Shown: in pieces, positions 60,574 to 64,000 of the stretch | Layout: each line of letters begins with the position of its first letter | How positions within the stretch are numbered: position 1 is the stretch's first letter | Origin: Oikopleura dioica | Taxonomy: Eukaryota > Animalia > Chordata | Assembly: GCA_907165135.1 (NCBI GenBank) | Contig: OU015569.1 | Location: 4,774,001 to 4,838,000 of the forward strand | Direction of reading: 5' to 3' | DNA length: 64,000 nucleotides | Notes under the pieces: model-generated | What the model saw: the letters and a program-made list of their open reading frames with translations, nothing else | The model's database searches: none | Told to the model about the DNA's origin: nothing | Made by a program: the position numbers and the translations under genes

Positions 60574-60891
60574 CGTGACTAGTCCCTCGAGGGTTTGGGC
60601 GCACACCTGAGGCTAAATTGTACGTGATGCAATTTGAATACGTGACAAGTTCAAAGTTCAAGGTCAACAAGAGATTAGTCAAGTTCAACGGGGGATTAGT
60701 CAAGTTCAACGGGGGATTAGTCAAGTTCAACTAGGGATTAATTTCAAGATCGGCCAATCAGAGCACAGGATTAAAAAGATTATCCCCTGCCTCTGGCCAA
60801 TCAGCGATAAGTCCGCCAATATGAATGAGCCAATCAGAGCATGTTTCAGCGAATTTTCTGAGGCAAAACCCCGTTCAGGTATATTACTACT
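60574..60891 (-). repeat. Right terminal inverted repeat (~318 bp)
   Basis: Reverse complement of 13026-13342, with the same CCAAT boxes and 21-bp internal repeats. Confidence 0.95.
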
Positions 60892-60897
60892 ACCATC
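60892..60897 (+). repeat. Right target-site duplication ACCATC
   Basis: Identical to 13020-13025 and directly follows the CT terminus. Confidence 0.95.
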
Positions 60898-61847
60898 CTT
60901 AGCGGTAAGCTCTGAAGATATCAAAGTGTATAGTTGAAATCAGAAAAAAATTTTCTTACCTTGATCACCCTCCGAAGAGTGAGCCATAGCGGCACTGAAT
61001 TGTTAAAAAAATAGTTGATAATTTTATGCTGCATCTAACCTGGCGAATAAAATCAAGTGAATTCTCATTAAGGCGATGCACGAATAATATGCTCTAGGCT
61101 AAACACGCACCTTATATCCTGGACTCATGGAAAGATAAATTTTTAATACAAAATCTGCTCGCAATCGATGCACCGATGTTTTCCTGTAAAGAAAAGAGCA
61201 ATATACGTTTTATTTCGTAAATGCGTTTAAGTCTCGGAGCAGCCAGCTCTGCAGACGAGGACAGGCATAATTAATTACGCGTTCTCAATTCATTAAAATC
61301 TTAATAAGACCGAAGAAGGTATTGAAAAGATTATTCACAGAAATTCTGTATTAAAGAATTATGTCAGCCGGAAAATGACGCAGAGCCCAGTCTGCTTTTC
61401 CCGTCAGAAATAAATCTACATCATTTGAAACAACTTTGCCGCTGAAAAACAAAAAAATGGCGCGGAAGAATATATGTAAAGCTTTTCCGAAAGAAAAATA
61501 ATCTATTTTTCAGACAGTTGTCGGATATCGCCTTTGTCCTATTAATAATAGGCTATTATGAAAGATGTCGACAAATTCAAGAAAGGGAAAGAGATCAAGA
61601 AAGACATCAGTTAATTGCAGACATCTATCGGAATAATATTTTCTTCTCAAGCGATAATATTCTGCATCAATAAATTCCTTTGAAGTTTCCGATCGTCGTT
61701 GATTGTTTCTAACTATACAGTTAATTATGGAATTTTTGGACACGATTTTCTCAAAAATGTCAAAAAATTTGAGACACGCTTGATAATTCAGAATTGTCAA
61801 TTACAGTCTTTGATAGTAGTACTCTCATTACGAGACTATTAGTATTA

Positions 61848-62492
61848 GATAATTTCAAAAAAATTTTTGCGGGTCCGGAAATCATAAAAAATCTAAAAGT
61901 GCAGTTTTCTTCAGCTCGTCGAGACGAGTCGAATGATGGGTCAAACTTTTGATGACTCCAATGATTAACCGGTTAGCCGGCAATTTCCCGGAAAATACAT
62001 TTCCGGTCGCCGTTTTTGTTCTAGAAATGCTAGAATGACAAAAAAAGCGGGAAAATGGTCCTTGAAGTTAGTTCTTCTGTGGGTGAAAAAATGAGAATCA
62101 TATCTCTAACTATAAGATGCTTATCACCAAAATTCTATTTTCTTATGAAAATGGGACCGAAAATTAGGAAGGTGCAGCAACAACGAAATACATACAAAAT
62201 TTAGAATTTTTATCGTTTAAAAAAGTTTCGCTGTATATTTGACCAATATCTTTTTGCCCACAGTAGAACTTACCATAAGGATCAGTTTCCGGGTTCATTC
62301 ATCATCCTAGCATTTCTAGAACAAAAACGGCGACCGGAAACGTATTTTCCGGTAACCAGCCGGTTAACCGGTCAATCCTTGGAGTTATCAAGAGTTTGAC
62401 CCACCATTCGACTCGTCTCAACAAGCTGAAGAAAACTGCACTTTCAGAATTTTTACGATTTTCAGACCCACAAAAATTTTTTTGAAATTATC
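61848..62492. mobile_element. Non-autonomous fold-back element/MITE with ~190-bp TIRs
   Basis: 61848-62038 is a close but imperfect reverse complement of 62302-62492. The interior is non-coding and ATTA flanks both ends (61844-47, 62493-96). Confidence 0.8.
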
Positions 62493-62899
62493 ATTATAAT
62501 TCACTGTTAGAAAATTTTAACCTACTTTAGTAGTAATGCTTCATTACTGGGCCAGTAACACTGGTTAAAATATATTCTTTGAGTTTCAACTGCTTTTTTA
62601 AAAGTGTTAGCAGTGCAGAGATGGATTCAAAGGTTGGAAATGATGCACCGTCCAGCGATTTCAAATGATGACTCCTTCTTTATTCTTCAGTTGCAATCAA
62701 TTAGTCGTCAATTTGCGTAAGCCACATCCTGTGGATTTTGACGTGCTGTCCATTGCTAATAACTAGAGCCAAACGAGTCGTTTGTCGCTGTGAATACGTT
62801 ACAGCGCTCCGCTCAAAGCCGATAAATGAGCAGTAAATGCGACATGGAGCACTTTGACGACATCCTCAATTCCCAGAAACAATAGTTTAAAAACCAACT

Positions 62900-64000
62900 T
62901 TTCGCTTGCTCCCTCCCAGAATAAAAAAAAATCCGAGAAGCGAAGGAAATATTTAGAGAAGCGATGATGGCGAACGACAAGTGCGGCGCATCCCTCTGCA
63001 CACAGGTAAGTGCAATAATCTTGTCGAAAAGACATCTTGCGGCAGTTCTACAAATATAGCCAATAAACCGATTCGGCGGGCAAATAATATTGAAAGATAA
63101 TACTCAATCTTCAATTCTGACCAAAAATTTAACCTCGGCATCTCATAAATTTCCAGACAAATGGAGTAGAAAGTTCTTTGAAGCCTTCTAAATATAATTT
63201 CCCAAATTTAACACCAATGATTGTCGAGATAAAATACGGTGATTTCCGTCTAAAACTTTGCAGAAAGTGGCATGATAATTTGTTGCTGCAGTCATTAAAA
63301 CACGGGCAACTCGAACTTTTGCTTTATAAATGAACTCATAAATGTATTCGGAAGAGCATATTTCTCGATCATATCGGCCACAGATTTTTGATCCACTTTT
63401 CTGTTTTAGTTTTATTAATTTTTACTGTTTCGTTGATTAAATTTTAACGTTAAAACGCCTCACTAGCACGGTAAGCTACAATAATCCTTTATAAACATTT
63501 TAATCCTTGTTGGATTCTACTTTTTTCTCCGAATCCGTCTCCTCAATATTTTATTTAACTGGAACTTACAGTGTTACAATCGCATTCACATGGACGGGCA
63601 GAGCCATGAAGGATGTAAATGGTTACTCGGACTGAAATACTGCTGTCAGAAGCACTTGCGCAGTTTCATTGGCATTTTCAATAGCAGACAGGATGAATGT
63701 CTACCTTTGGAGACATTGATGAAGAAGACGCCAAATTTCAACCCAGAGGCAAGCTCGAGAATCCCAGATGAAGTTCTCGATGAAAGAATTTCGGAAGTCA
63801 TGGAAAGCTCCCCACATGAAGAGGTAAATGATAATGCTTTAAAATTGAAATCATTTCTTTTTTGTTCAGACTTGTTTCGAAACTTCGGTAAGATCAAGCT
63901 GGTATTCGGACAATTTGATTCGCTTCTTATGGCTCTCCTTTATTGTTGTCTCCTGCTTGACCCTATTCATCTCCTACGTTATCTTCAAGTATGCTGGAAG
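62900..64000 (+). CDS. Host spliced gene, Cys-rich with a hydrophobic segment near the window end
   Basis: Exon-like segments DKCGASLCTQ| (donor ~63007), CYNRIHMDG...KYCCQKHL, and FLWLSFIVVSCLTLFISYVIF. Confidence 0.4.

Larger units (their letters stand above)
13026..60891. mobile_element. Complete Polinton/Maverick (endogenous polintovirus-like) element, 47,866 bp including a 16.3-kb internal tandem duplication
   Basis: Ends read 5'-AGTAGTAATATACC...GGTATATTACTACT-3', flanked by a 6-bp direct repeat ACCATC. Internal pPolB, DDE integrase, packaging ATPase and major capsid genes form the defining Polinton set. Confidence 0.97.

Noticed and set aside
62529-62537. AGTAGTAAT matching the Polinton terminus
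   Set aside because: Only 9 nt match, with no further TIR similarity; this is expected by chance.

Overview
Compact, intron-dense eukaryotic DNA. Introns are mostly 35-50 nt and at least one donor is probably non-canonical, which resembles a larvacean tunicate such as Oikopleura (inference). Positions 13026-60891 are a complete Polinton/Maverick endogenous virus-like element with a 6-bp target-site duplication (ACCATC, 13020-13025 and 60892-60897) and ~317-bp terminal inverted repeats starting AGTAGT. It carries a packaging ATPase, a retroviral-type DDE integrase, a double-jelly-roll major capsid protein, a protein-primed PolB and about 20 orphan genes. It is 47.9 kb here because a 16.3-kb internal block is tandemly duplicated (22633-38942 / 38952-55261); without the duplicate it is ~31.5 kb. 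Nearly all of its genes, core genes included, are split by short spliceosomal introns (more than 20 reconstructed by hand). PolB is completed only by splicing out a 379-nt GA-AG intron packed with GC-rich GAA-loop hairpins. The element also has two same-strand dual-coding regions and several membrane-protein genes. Host flanks contain two CD225/dispanin-like genes, an ataxin-1 orthologue, a Hint(Hog)-domain gene beside the insertion, and fold-back/MITE repeats. All gene models and family calls were made by eye; no database searches were run.
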